From Utricularia gibba (lineage: Eukaryota > Plantae > Magnoliophyta), in assembly GCA_002189035.1 (NCBI GenBank), contig NEEC01000013.1:2170001-2234000 (forward strand): a stretch of 64,000 nt of DNA, read 5' to 3'. Positions 1 through 14,994 of the stretch are shown piece after piece. The translations under genes were made by a program, and so were the position numbers. The first letter of the stretch is position 1. Each line of letters opens with the position of its first letter. The notes below the pieces were generated by a model. It made no database searches. It had not been told where the DNA came from and saw only the letters and a program-made list of their open reading frames with translations.

Positions 1-1807
1 ATGAGGGACGAAATCGCAGCCGCTAGACCTGCTGTGAAGTTCGGATCCGTCGCCAACGCATTGATGGTGTCGCTGATATGAGGCTCTTGAGCTTGATGTA
101 GCTGGTGGGTGCCTCCTTGCTCCATATCTTGCGACAGTTGTACGCCGGAAAACTTCGATTGATTTTGCAGTGCTTGCCCGAAGATTTGAAACAAAAGCGC
201 GGACGCCGGGCTTCCGGGCTGCGCCGGGGGGAGGAAGGGGATGGGGAATTGGTTGGCGGGCCGTGGGATTTGTAAAGGGTTGGGGTTTTGCGTAAGGTCT
301 AAGGTGACCGTCGGGAACGGAGCCGAAGCCGATATGGTTGCCATGCTTGAGGAGTATGGGAAGAGGTTTCGCGCTAGGAAGTTGGAGTTCATTAGGCCGT
401 CGGAGCTCGGCATCGACCCGGAAAGAAGCATTTTCGCCGCGGAGGAGGTTGTCGACGCCATCGCCATGGCCGCCGGCGGCAAGGGGTGGTTGTGGTTGCC
501 CTCGTACGTGGTGATCAAGACGCTTCTGTCGTCCGCACATCTTTGAACCTTCAGCAGCAAAACTCGATCAGTCAGTATCTCGTTTTGATGCCTCAAAGAG
601 CAACACTAAAATCACTGTCTACATCTGCTTCCAACGTAAAGAGAAAGTGTACTTGTTTTCGGACCGGGCAACCGGCGGACATCGTGCACCGGTAGTATGC
701 ACGGGGACAAGGGTTCCCCTTCGCCATCTTCTGTCCGTACTTCCGCCATTGGCATCCATCCGTGATCTGAACACAATCCGATCGACCGTTTTTTCATTCC
801 GAAGATCGTATGATCGGAAAAAACAAAAAAAAACAGTCAAACTTCACCTACCATGGGAGCCTCGGACCTTGCACGAACAGAGACGCGAGCCTTTCTCATA
901 GTAGCCTCAGCAGCCTGATCTCCGGCCTTAGGAGAGCCACCGCCGAGCCTGGGTATCTTGCTTTCCGGGCTCTGGTTGCCCAGGCCGCCCCCGATGTCTT
1001 TATCTCGCGGAGGCGGCATGTCGTGGCAACTCCGATCCTCCTCCGGCGAAAGCGAAGCATGGTCCGGCGCTGCAAGCCCGAGATCCATGAACTGTCGCGG
1101 CACCAGGGCGCCATTCCCATGGCTGATGATCTTATGCTCCTCTTGCTCCTCATCACCTTGTTTGTGCACCACGTTCAGCATATGCATCCTCAGCCCATTA
1201 TAACTGGACGTCACCTGGTTCAGCATCTCCTTCAACCTCTGGTTCTCCCCGTTGAGCTTCTCCATCTCAGCTCTCAAAGCAACAATCTTGTACGCCGGAA
1301 AACTTGCAATGAGAACACGCACGATATGGAATTCATACCGCGCTATAAATTATTACCTCGCGTTTGGACAAGGCGAGATCCTTATTCATCGAATCATCAT
1401 CCTCCTCGACGATGGATTCGTCGCTCCCCGTGGTTAAAAGATGCAAACCAGTCTACGATTAAGATTCAAACACGGGTGATGACACAGTCCGGTGACACCC
1501 CAAAAAATGTAACCAGAAACACAAACCATACATTGACTTTGGAAGTGGATTTCATCTGCATCCTCCGAGCATCAAGATCATGATCGTGCTCCATCCCGCG
1601 GTCCTTGAAGAAATCCATTTCGTCCATGATCTTGGTCCTCTCCGTCGACCCCTCCGGCAATCCAACCGAAAACTGAATAGTGGGAGAGGGGGAGGCTGCC
1701 GCCATGGATGACAGGAGGAAGAATGGAGGATGATGGGTTTTGGCCTTGGAGTGATGAAACAGCGCGGTCGGGTCCTGATGAAAGGTAAGTCCACTGGATT
1801 CGGCCAT
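1..1807 (-). CDS. WRKY6: Group IIb WRKY transcription factor (WRKY6/31/42-like), 3' end runs off the window
   Basis: Five GT-AG exons reconstructed: 1807-1532, 1452-1357, 1286-852, 766-653, 548-<1. They encode a leucine zipper, [66 protein letters not shown] (C2H2), [15 protein letters not shown] and [15 protein letters not shown]. These motifs are typical of group IIb. Confidence 0.95.
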
Positions 1808-4800
1808 TGATAAAGGATGGCCAAAGCAGGAAGAAGAAGAAGAAGAAAGAGTAGAATCAAAGGACTCGGCTAGAAACAAGGATGGAAGTTTTGAGTATTT
1901 CTTTCGGGTTTTTGCTCCCGATCTCGGAGTAGAAAATGAAGACCAGAGCAACAAACAGAGCATAAAAAAAGGAAGAGGAGTCATGGATTTTCCCCAGTGA
2001 GTGGTCCAGATTGCAGAAAGAGTGTGAATTGTAGGAAGGTTTTGGATCTCTTACTCGGTCTTCACTCCATTACATCATTTCCTTCGACTTTGCAGTGAAT
2101 TTCCAAACCTGTGGTGACTGAATCCACACTTGTCTACTTGCTCCATCATTCTTGATTTTTCGGTTACCCCTACGACTCCTATCCTATTAAACAACACATC
2201 AACCGCTGTACCCATTCCCCGGATTCCAAGCTTCAATTTTTCATTTTCATTTTTTTTCTGATCTAAAATAAATTCGATTGCCTATCTTTTTTTTCTTAAT
2301 AAATAAATACTAAAATGCACGTGTGGCTAGGACACCACAAACCTAGTACTCATGTGTTTTCGGCATTTGGTATACATTAGATTTTTTAAATGATATATTC
2401 GAATTATTTTTATTTCAAGTAAAAGTATACTAATTACTTCAAAAAATATATAAATCTTGATAGATTAAGATTGTTTTGAAAATATTATACAAATTATGTA
2501 TGTATGAGAGAACATATATATAAAATCAACGTAGCTCTTATAGTTCATTTGACAATAGGATATTATTATGTTTAAATATAATATAATTGATATATTACAT
2601 ATTATGTACTATAAAACCTAAGAAAATATGTTATGATATAGATATAATTAGCCCTTCTTCATTTGTATATATTATTCATATGCTCAAAAAATAAGTATGT
2701 AAATATTATAATCATATGAAATTATCATATATATGCTAGTTAATTAAATAACGGTTTATATATAACCTTAATTATAAATCTTTTATACTATATTATAAAA
2801 AAATATCTTTACTACATGCATGTTTAGATGCATAGTCGTGTCAATAAGGGAAGCGGCTGAATTCATTATTTAAAAAAATGCAATTAAATTGTTTTGAACT
2901 GTAAATTATTTGACACAATCATGATTGAATCGTAGTTGAACCAATTTGGACAACGAATAATTCGAAACATGCATTCGTGTATTTTTTTAGCGTAATAGGA
3001 AAAAACTTGGTTAGGGCATTGGAAAAAAAGAAAACAGATTGATTATGCTTAATGGGGGTAGGTCGTCAACTGTTGTGGTCGTGATTAATCTCATTAATCC
3101 GCATTAAGGGAAAGTAATTAGTGGAGTACATTTGTTTAGGACTAAAATATATTTCTATAGGAAAATCTGAGTGCCGGGATTCGTGTAGCCTTGTGAGTGG
3201 CGGTCTACTTGTGGGCCCAAAACGACAAAGATGCCAAGTCTGCCCCAAGAGAATTCCGCGTATTTTCTTGGATTTTCTTGGATATTGTCGTCCTTTTGTC
3301 AAAACTTGGATGCATTCATTTCCCTTTGTTACTCTATAGAATCAATGTTTCTCTATAGACTTTGAGAAAAATGATTCAATTTCGACGTTTTTGTCGTCGA
3401 GATCCCTCTTGAGTTTCTTATATAACAAAAAAAAAATCAACAAAAATTGTTAACAGACGATGTGGGATTGAGGATCATGTTGCTTTCAATTCGCGACAAA
3501 GTTTCCACGGGAATCATTAGTCAACATATAGTTTTCTTACCACATAGTGTACGTTGGCCAGAATCGTACGGCATCGAGGGGTTTGGACTTTGAAGATGTG
3601 TAGATGGTGACAAGAAAGGAACGCCACACGACTTAAAATTTATTTATCTTACATTTATTTCATTTTTATATATTAAAATAAAAAATTATATTAATAGTAT
3701 TCAATTTTTTCACATATATCAAAATATGGATAGATTTAAAATAAAAGAAAAACAAATATGTGATATTATTTTTAAAATAGTTTCAATCAATTATTCGATT
3801 TCATCATCATTTTAGTTTGATGTATTTATTAACTTAATTATATTTAATTTAAAAAAATATTAGAAAAAATTAATTATGTAAATTTAAAAGTTTTTAATTA
3901 TTTATAAAAATTATAAATAACTTAAAATTAAAGTCATCATGATATCATACCCACTACTCAAAGTAAAGTCATCATGATATAATACTTGACTCAGTAGCCA
4001 ACTACAAGTCTTCTTCCATATAAAATGTGGGGATTCATGAGTAATATAATAAGTAATTTTTATATGAAAACTATGTGTATACTTTTAGCTACTTTTTCAA
4101 ACTCATGGGCCATGATCAAGGAATGTCTCCAAAGACGAGTCATCAATAAGGTGATCCCTTAGATAAGCATATAATGCAATAGTTATTTTATTCATAAAAA
4201 AAATAAATGTTATATTATAGTGAAAATGACATTTTGTGTCCCAATTAGGACAAATTTTGTCCAATTTGGTAACATTTTCTTTTAGAATATGATATCTCTC
4301 AATAATAGGGACAAAAGTCAATTTTGTGTGCTTCTCCTTTCAGATTAATATCAAAAAATGTGATTTCAATGGTTTAGTGATTTAAGCATTGCATCATCAC
4401 AATAAGGTAATTTGTCATTTCTTTACTCCAAAACAAATAATTAGTTTATTACATAAAAAAGGCATTTCACCTGGATGTTTTTTTTTTTATTTTCATGAAA
4501 ATTTGAACATTAATTGTATAATGTTTTTTAATGTATTATTTAATTTTTTATTGGTTGTTGTTTTTTAATTATCAGGCAATAACATTAGGGAGCAAGATTC
4601 AAGGATACACATCAAAGGGGTAGGTTTGTTTTGTCCTTTTATAGAGTATTTGGTTTACAGGATAAGGATATAAAGTGTCTAATTTATTTAAATTAAATTA
4701 AAAATAATGAAAAATGATTAATTTTTTACATGATATTTAAATATTAATAAATGAAATAGATGGAGTGTGTGTTTAAATAAATATTCATTTAATTCCATTT

Positions 4801-5342
4801 TTATTTAAACTCCTAAATTACTTTTTCCTGATCCTCTCTATCAAACAAATAATTGAAGTACCTATCCCTTACAATTTTGTGTTTTGCCATTGCAAGTACC
4901 AGGGCCCTCTACATTTTGTTAATGATTATTATCACTAATTAATATATTTCACTTTCATAACTTGAGACTATAGGAGTTCATACGAACATTTCTGAACATG
5001 TATTAACACGCAAAAATTGACTCCTATGTTAAAAAAATTTAATGTAGTCACATATGAGCACCAATTTTCTTCATTTGGAACTTAAGTTTACATTGACTTA
5101 TAGAAAAAAAATAACTAATGAATAAATACTAGGGATCCAAATGCATTGTATTATAGTTGACTCCGGTCTTGTTGTTTGTCGTCAACGTAGCCACTAGTGA
5201 CTCGAGTCTAGAGGAATAAATGAGATGATTTTAAAAAGTCGCTATCGTATTAATTTAAATATTATTTTTATTTTGATATATGAAAAAAATGTAGAATATT
5301 ATTTTTCTTTAAAAAAATTGAGTAAAAGATGACTGTGATGAA

Positions 5343-5392
5343 GGCCCAATGAAAAAAGAATATGATCCATGGGCCTGATGGTTGAGTGGGCC
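5343..5392. promoter_or_regulatory. Site II (TGGGCY) cluster upstream of the DUF1068 gene
   Basis: GGCCCA at 5343 and TGGGCC at 5370 and 5387, about 150-200 nt upstream of the ATG at 5547. Confidence 0.55.
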
Positions 5393-5546
5393 TACCGGGA
5401 TGCCGGGAAAGGGATGGCGCCTCCGATTTGTATGGGTTGGGGAAGTCGGTGGGGGGATTCACAATCGGCTTCTTCGATTGGATCCAGCGGGTACTGGAGC
5501 TCTCAGGCGTTGTACAGAAAAGGGGGGGAGAGAGGAAGAGGGTGAG

Positions 5547-6967
5547 ATGGGAGTGAGAACTGGGGTTCTGAAGGCGGTTGTGGGATTGATGGCAGTTTGC
5601 TTGGTGGGATACATTTTGGTTCCTCCTCTTTATTGGCACTTGAGGGAAGGGTTGGCTTCTACGTCTGTCTCCGGTTCCTGCCCCGTCTGTGAATGCGACT
5701 GTGATTCGTTGTCCCATTTATCCATCCCGCAAGGTGATGAATGATATGAATGTGGTCTGATTCTTTTGTTTTGGGTATTTAAGTATACGTTGCACCATCT
5801 GGGTCTTGTTCCTGTTCGATTTTGTTGTTGTTCTTTTTTTTTTTTTAAACTATAGAGTGATTGCCGGAGCTTTGAACCTCTTACAGGGACTTAGGTTTTC
5901 TGTTTGCTGCTCCTTAGTTTTCTGATGCCTTTCCTTTTTTAGTGTGATCTAGACTCGGTGTTGTTTCTTCAATTAGAGAAGCTTTGCAGGTTGAGTTTTG
6001 GATGGATCTCTGTATCAGATTTGCATGATTTTTGTGTCACTTCCTTTCAATGGGCAACATAATTCCGTTTGCTACTTATGATGTGTATAAATGTATATGT
6101 TTAGCAAATAGCTTTCTTTATAGGATCCAAAAATCAGGATCATAGATCTTGCTGAAATTATATTTTTTCGTTTTGCCGTGTAGTTGTGTATTGGATTCTA
6201 ATGTTTGACTCACCCAGAGTTCCACTCTTCACTTAATGCTCTTCAATCAAATGAAAGCCGTTTGTTTTGGCACTTCTGGTATCTTGGCCTTTCAATGGTT
6301 TAAATAGCATCTGATCTCTTCTTGTTGAACTTGCCCATATTGACCTTTTGCTTCTCTTTTTTCGCAGGGCTAATAAATGCATCCTTCGTTGGTAAGAACT
6401 TATCTTTGGTTAGATATTGTATTTAGTTTTTCACTGTCCATATACCCTAAACTTTCTGAATGTTTTCGCTGGCCAGTTGGGTGATCTTTATTTCACACTT
6501 TTTCTAGCTTGTTCTCAAGAAAAATGTTTTCAGATAAACCAAGCTGATAAAAAATGCTTTTGTGGATTTTCGTGATCACTGGCATTCTTTCTCAGAAGCT
6601 TATTGTTGTATTGCCTTCGTTCCCCTCTCTGTGCCACACAGACTGTGCCAAGAATGATCCAGGAATGAACCCAGAGATGCAAAAGTATTCAGCTGATCTA
6701 CTTTCAGCAGAAGTAAGGGTTCACGAAGCTGAAGCTCTTGCAAACCATCAGCGTGCCGATGTGGCATTACTCGAGGCAAAGAAAATGACATCCCAGTACC
6801 AAAAAGAAGCAGACAAGTGCAACTCCGGAATGGAAACGTGCGAGGAGGCTAGAGGGAAGTCGGAGGCTGCTTTGATAGCACAGAGACAACTCACTGCTTT
6901 GTGGGAGCTGAGGGCGAGACAAAAAGGTTGGAGAGATGAGCGCGCCAAGAGCAAATCCTCCTCCTAA
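5547..6967 (+). CDS. DUF1068 family membrane protein
   Basis: Exons 5547-5733, 6368-6391 and 6642-6967 with GT-AG borders. N-terminal TM segment, then PPLYWH..CPVCECDC and EADKCNSGMETCEEARGKSEAALIAQRQLTALWELRARQKGW, which are DUF1068 signatures. Confidence 0.9.
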
Positions 6968-7374
6968 TTCACCACGTTCTGAGCAATGTAATTAATATTG
7001 ATGGTGTCTTCCATCCGGCAAAACAGCATGGTGAATTGCTGTAAGAAGTGTGATTACTATCAATATGCTGTGTGTTATACTCCATGAATGCAGGCTTATG
7101 ATCCTGTTAAGGGGTTAGATTTGAATTGTAATCCATGGCTCCAAGTCAAAGTGGGATGACACCCTGATTCTGTCACCTCGTTGGGCAAAGAAGGAAGAAC
7201 CAGGGTGAATGAAGCAACATCACTCGTAAAACCAGAAAAGGAAAACCAAAAGCTAGGACAGGATCAACAGTTCTGGCATTCTTTTTTCAGCTCCAGTGCT
7301 CTCAAACATCATCATAATCACCCATTACAACAATACTTGGGGATGCTGTGCAAGTTATCAGCGCATCGGATTCT

Positions 7375-8753
7375 TCATCTCTTTCTGCGCTTCGGTTCCA
7401 CCTGGTAATGACATCAAAGACACACTTCCATGAGTACCGTCATGGTAATATAGGATTGGTAACTGCATCAAACAGATATACTGATAGTGTTTCTAATCTG
7501 GCATCACAAATGCATTGGAATTCCAGTAACCAGGTCTTCTTAGCGGCCCAACATTACCTCGGACAAAGGTGATTCCGGAAACTCGGTCAAGGACCTTCTT
7601 ATGTCATCATCAGATGAGCAATCAGTACACACGAAACGATCCAATTTCTTTGCCTCTTCGATGGTCATACCCATACAAGAGGGGTGAAACCTTCAAATAG
7701 AAGCTTACCCATAAGTTCCCAGCAGATGATCCAGGAGACAAAGAAAGAAGATGCATAAATAAATGCAATTTCACAGAAAGTATGTTCCAAATGTATCATA
7801 TACCCATGAGAGGCACGCACGAAATGAGGAAGCTTACGTTTTCCCACTATTCAAACGATTGAAAACAACACACTATCAAGTATCAACACTATGAGCAGCC
7901 TTGGAAAATCTAGGATGCTAAACATGGGGGAAAAAGTCATCCCCATCCATGAATAGCCGCTATGAGTACTGTCAAGCATGATAACTGAAACTCTAACCAC
8001 AGGATAACATGAATTTAGTTAGTTATCAAATCACATATACATCAAATAGACAAAAAGTGTTTCATTTTCATCTAGGAAACACTTCACTTTATTGAGTAAA
8101 CAAACATAACATACCAATCCTTGCACCCCTCGCATTGCACCATGAGATCATCAGGGTTGTAAGGCATCTCACACTTACAATACCTACAATATGAAAAGTG
8201 GCATGAAAAAGAGAGAAAAATGCAATCTTGTACCCAAAAACTTTTGAACTAAAGCTCACACAGCAACACGATCGGGAGTGAAACCGCCAGTGGCAGCCTT
8301 GTACTCAAACCTACAAAAGTAATCATCCGCTCCCACATTTTCTAGCTTGGTATAGTTCTTAAAGCTGTGAACTCTGCACTTTCCCTCGATAGTGTGGGCA
8401 CTCTGAATATCATAGTGATCTGACAAAAACAACTCCTTAGCACCATGAAATTGTCTCCGACCGCCAATGGACTCCTCTGGCCGATAATACCATCGTACCC
8501 TAACTCTCACATTGTTTCTATGGTCCGCCTCGATTTTCTCGACCTTCGCCACATACTGAGGCTTGTCAGAATCAGATGGTCGCATCAACACACAATCCCC
8601 AGCTACAAAAACACTCCAAAATCGTTAACCCACAAAACAAAACAAAACAAAAATGAAAGAAATTTAAAACAGCAAAATTACGTCTGACGACTTTGTTGGT
8701 CCCTTAATAGAGTATGAATCCAAGTCCTTCTTCCCCGGCTTGGTCTTCGCCAT
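7375..8753 (-). CDS. EBS: BAH-PHD chromatin reader EARLY BOLTING IN SHORT DAYS
   Basis: Exons 8753-8682, 8602-8260, 8183-8114, ~7690-7558 and 7401-7375. They give [14 protein letters not shown], a BAH domain ([28 protein letters not shown]), a PHD finger ([28 protein letters not shown]) and an EBS-type VEPKRRKR* end. Confidence 0.95.
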
Positions 8754-9977
8754 ATCCTACCCCTCTCCTGACGCTGAATCTCCAGTTTCCAAGAAAACCG
8801 GATCCCCCAATGCAGCAGCTGCTATACAGATACCAACTTTTTCAGCTCCCGGTACACCCTGAAATCGTTCGCTAGTATACCTAGTGGGAAGAAAACCCTA
8901 ATTGCAGTATTCCGAAAGGGCAACAGCCCGGAAGCAAGGACTGTAGTAGGAAGCAGCACCCTATCTCTTAATTCCCTCACTGTGCGAAATCAGACAGACC
9001 TGCTGCGTCTGTATCGTTTCTTTCACCCCTTGTCCTATGCGAAGTCACCACATTTCCGCTGCTTCGTTCCATTAACTCCTTATATTGCATTCTCCGATGA
9101 GCCCACGGCTGAGAATCATCACTCTGTCTGCAATTAACCATTTATTAACGACGCGGTTACTACATCTAACAGTGATTAGTTTAATTAATCACTTAGTTAA
9201 ACTATTTTATTTATTATTTAAATAAACGTATATTATAGTTTCAAAATTAAAATTGTATTTAGTATATCAATTTTATAAATATAATTTAAAATGATATTAT
9301 AATTTAAATAATAGATAAAGCAAAAACAATTAACTTTTTTCATTGCAATTATTTTTACAATATTATGTAATTATTTTATAAATTGAGATTTATTCTAAAA
9401 CATATTTATCAAATATATATAATTTCAATTGAAAATATAATATCACATATTGTAAAATTATGAGGATTAAGTATTTTTAAGAGTACAACATTATACAAAA
9501 CAAGAATGAATTATGATATTTGATATGATAATCAAATCTAGATATGCATCAATATCTAAATATAAATGACACAAAATCGATTATGAAAGAAATTAAGACA
9601 CTCAACAAATATTCTGATTGTTTAATAGATTGATAATATAAAACTAGTAGTTTTGTGATAGTATTTCACATCAATTACAGATGGAGAAGGCGAAGATTTT
9701 TCATGTATAATTAGTATTTTTGTCAAAGGGTAGAACATAATAGATGTCCAAAACAAACATAGTGCAATGTATAATTAGTTACATTATTTATCATGTAAAA
9801 AAATATTCGAAAATAAATTATTTAAGATTCAATCCCCACCGTTGGTTTGTAAGGACACGATTTTGCATGGATGCGCTTGTTTCTCGCGCCGGCATCCATC
9901 TCCGGGGGACGGCATTTTGGCTGCTATAAGGCGCTCATTTTCGCGCCTCCCCGGCACGGCGGAAAGAGAGCGGAGCC

Positions 9978-10235
9978 ATGGGGAGGGCCGATACGCCGAC
10001 GTCGATGATGGTGTTCTTGATTGTTTGCGTTCTCCTTTCGACCCAAACGACGGCCACCTTTTTAAGCTACGATGTTTTTCGATACGATTACATTCGACGC
10101 CACAACGCGCATCCCCAACCTGCGAACAACTATACGGAGAACGGCGGCGGGCTCGGCCATGCTCGAAAGCTATTATCGCCGCCGCCGCCGCCGCCACCGT
10201 CACCCCCTGCGCCGCCGGTGATGGTCGGCGTCTGA
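9978..10235 (+). CDS. Small secreted proline-rich peptide precursor (85 aa), family unknown
   Basis: Single GC-rich ORF between AT-rich flanks, with a good GCCATGG start context. Hydrophobic signal-like stretch MMVFLIVCVLLSTQTTA, then an RKLL motif and a C-terminal SPPPPPPPSPPAPP. Confidence 0.65.
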   Translation: MGRADTPTSMMVFLIVCVLLSTQTTATFLSYDVFRYDYIRRHNAHPQPANNYTENGGGLGHARKLLSPPPPPPPSPPAPPVMVGV

Positions 10236-10849
10236 TGCGCCCTATTGTGGGAATTCAAGTCTTATTTTGAGAATTTAATGTAATTGATTTCCTTTATTAG
10301 AATAAATAATAAAAAATGATAATCACAATATTTTTTTTAACAAATCGAATTATGAAATTCAGAATATTATTTTAATTTATAAAATCAATGTAACACTTTA
10401 TTACATATAAAAGAGGAATCGTGGCATTAAAAAAATATAAATATATAAAGATATTTTTTTCATATAATATTTTTATTTATTAAATTATATTGCCACCCCG
10501 AAAAGTTGGGAAATTCCTTTACTAAGAACGTCGGAAGGTTGGGCGGGGTATCGTATTTCAGGGGAGAGTTGAACATCTCTCGTTTCTTAGTTGCAATATC
10601 TTGTGAACTGTGTTGCTTGCGAGGAATCTGTTGCATTTGAAGTGGGTTTGTTTCCCTTTTGTTTCTGGAGAGAGTGCTTTTCTCAGTCTGGTTTCAGCTT
10701 GTAGTGGAAAGCTCTGTTCCTGCTGCGGGATCGATTTATACAGAGTAACCCCTTTTGATTTCTTGATGATTTTTCTTCGTTTCATGCTACTCCTTAAGGG
10801 TTCTTTGATTACTGATATGGGGTTTCTGATTTGTTGAAGATTTGCTGCG

Positions 10850-11811
10850 ATGGGGGATTTTGAGGGTGTAAAGAGGCACAAATGCAAGTTTTGCGACAAA
10901 ATCTGCGTCAGCGGGAGGGCGTTGGGGGTCATATGAGGGCACATATGGCTCTTCTTGCGTCCTCTAAGGAAGCAGAAAAGGAAAAGGAAACGATAAGAAG
11001 TGGGTGTTTCGAGGGTGGTGATGATCAAGAATGCGGGGATTCTGATTGCAGCGTTGATTGCGAAGATATGGATCAGAGGAGCAGCTATGAGTTGAGGGAG
11101 AATCCGAAGAAATCTTGGAGGGCTTCTATTGAATCAAAGAAGGATGGTGTCCAAGTTCAAAATGCGCTTTCTTGTGAAGATTGCGGCATGGAGTTTTCTT
11201 CGTTGAGGGCTCTCTGCGGCCATATGAGTGCTCACTCCATCAAGAAGCGCAAGATTGCCTCTGAGTGCAAGGAATGTGGCAAGGTCTTTAACACGGTGAA
11301 GGCCGTGTATGGTCACATGAAAACCCATTCAAAGAAAAGGAAAGCCACTGCTAACTCATCTGATAAGGAGACATTGGCTGGCTTTCGGAGGAAGAGGTCC
11401 AGAATCCAATATAAAAGCACTAACTTTGCTACTTTTTCTGAGCTTGAAGCAGAGGCAGCTGAGGGCTTGCTTATGCTCTCCATGGCTGAAATACATCCCT
11501 CTGTCTCTGATGATGATTCTGCATACTTTCAAGGTGACTCGTTTCCTACCATTGAGGAAGCTGCTAACAACGATTCCACTGAGGATCTTGATGCAGTTAC
11601 TGAAAAAGAGGGAGTTTCTGATGTTTTAGAACAGAGTTTGGGAAGGGATTCTTCTGAAAATGACACAGATTATGAAACTGAAGCCTTGAGGATCCTTCAG
11701 AAGGAGCTTCAGTGCGTTGAAGGTGACAAAACTCTTCATCCCTGCATCAAAATGCGCCGTCTTACTGCTGTTACTGTTGATTCAAAATCAGCCATAAGCA
11801 TGTTACTCTAG
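10850..11811 (+). CDS. C2H2 zinc-finger protein (ZAT-like, three fingers) with a 1-nt frameshift at 10924-10928
   Basis: The ATG at 10850 gives HKCKFCDKICVSGRALG, and the next frame continues GHMRAHM. Adding one G to the G5 run restores RALGGH. Fingers 2 and 3 (RALCGH, KAVYGH) and EAAEGLLMLS follow. Confidence 0.85.
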
Positions 11812-12181
11812 CAGATGGAAGAGGTCCACCTATTTTTTTTGTCTTCATTGGTACACTGATCTTGTCTGCACATTGCCAAGATGTGCCTTTCCGTAGCAAT
11901 AAATGAAATTCTATTCTGGTAACTCAGCTTTCTGTCTTTTTGGAGACATTTTTTGTCTCACTGGTAGAATGAAAGTGCTCACTATCAGCTAAAACGCACT
12001 TGAACCATCTTGTAAAAGCATCAACTTTGATGAACATTCAGATTAAAACAAACATGACTGCAAAAATAAAATCACTAGGAGCACAGAGTACGCTCGCTTA
12101 TGGTTAGTTCTAAAGAAACCCACAAACTTAAGTATAAACTAAGTAGCATCGACTTTTGTCGCCCCACTATGGTCTTGGTAG

Positions 12182-14113
<1,932 letters not shown>

Positions 14114-14994
14114 CGGAGTTTTTCTTGGATTCCTCCAGACGAAGAAGCAACGAACCAAAAATCACCACCGACTCCGCTCCGAAAACACACCCCTTGATTT
14201 GTCGAATGGAACGGTACCATGAGTAATGTCCCCGGGGCCCACCGACATTCATTGTCCCGATATTTTTTATTCATATTTTCAGATATTTTTATCTATTAAA
14301 CTCCTCCAGATATTTTTAAGATCTTGATAGTCGATTCTTCTTAGATTCTTTTTATTTATGTATATTTATTAAACCCCTCCGGATATTTTTTTTTCTCTTG
14401 TTTATTTTGCAAGAAAAATGAAAATATTTTATTTATTAGCCGTATGATGATGCACGCTGACTCAGTCCTCGCAGCCTATCCACGTGGCAGTTGAATAGAT
14501 GCTCGGTGGATGATTCGATTACGGAATAATAAATATGTTTTGAAATTTATTATTCGAAAAAATAAAAAGGAAAAAAAAGCTCGAGCCCACATTTAGAAAT
14601 CCAAATATCTTGTGATATATTTGTAAAAAATACTTTCTATATTAATTTATTATTTTAATATATATATAAAATTAAAATGATAAATGTCACCCCTCCATGG
14701 CGTCATTTGCAAATTAGTTATCTTCTCTTTTTATTATATATATTAAGATAAAAAAATTAATGTTGAGAATAATCAGTTTTTCTAAATCAACCCCTTAATC
14801 AAAAGACCATTTTGTCCTTATCTTGTTTTCTCATTTCTGGTGGTTATCAACCTTCTTAGTTGGGCCCTGGAACCCGATCGGCCCAATAGTCTTTGTTTTC
14901 GTATTGGACGCCAGCTTCATCATTCGTTCTTCCTTCACTTGACTGATCGAGTCCGTGGCAGAAGATCGCGGGTTTTCGTGGTGCAAACTTTCGT

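Noticed and set aside
810-1583. 257-aa plus-strand ORF and other long ORFs over the WRKY gene
   Set aside because: They are antisense shadows of GC-rich WRKY exons and introns with no recognisable protein features.
3929-3980. 17-nt direct repeat TAAAGTCATCATGATAT
   Set aside because: It is a short local duplication in AT-rich spacer with no element structure.
4230-4330. TTTTGT(GT)CCC / GGGACAAAA inverted motifs suggestive of a MITE
   Set aside because: The match is too short, and no clear termini or target-site duplication could be defined.
5191-5214. Adjacent SpeI-XhoI-XbaI sites resembling a polylinker or a Helitron-end palindrome
   Set aside because: There is only about 14 nt of vector-like match, with no flanking vector or Helitron sequence. 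It is best explained as a chance palindrome.
5382-5546. In-frame GTG-started extension of the DUF1068 ORF
   Set aside because: It overlaps site II promoter motifs, and the ATG at 5547 already gives a family-typical N-terminus.
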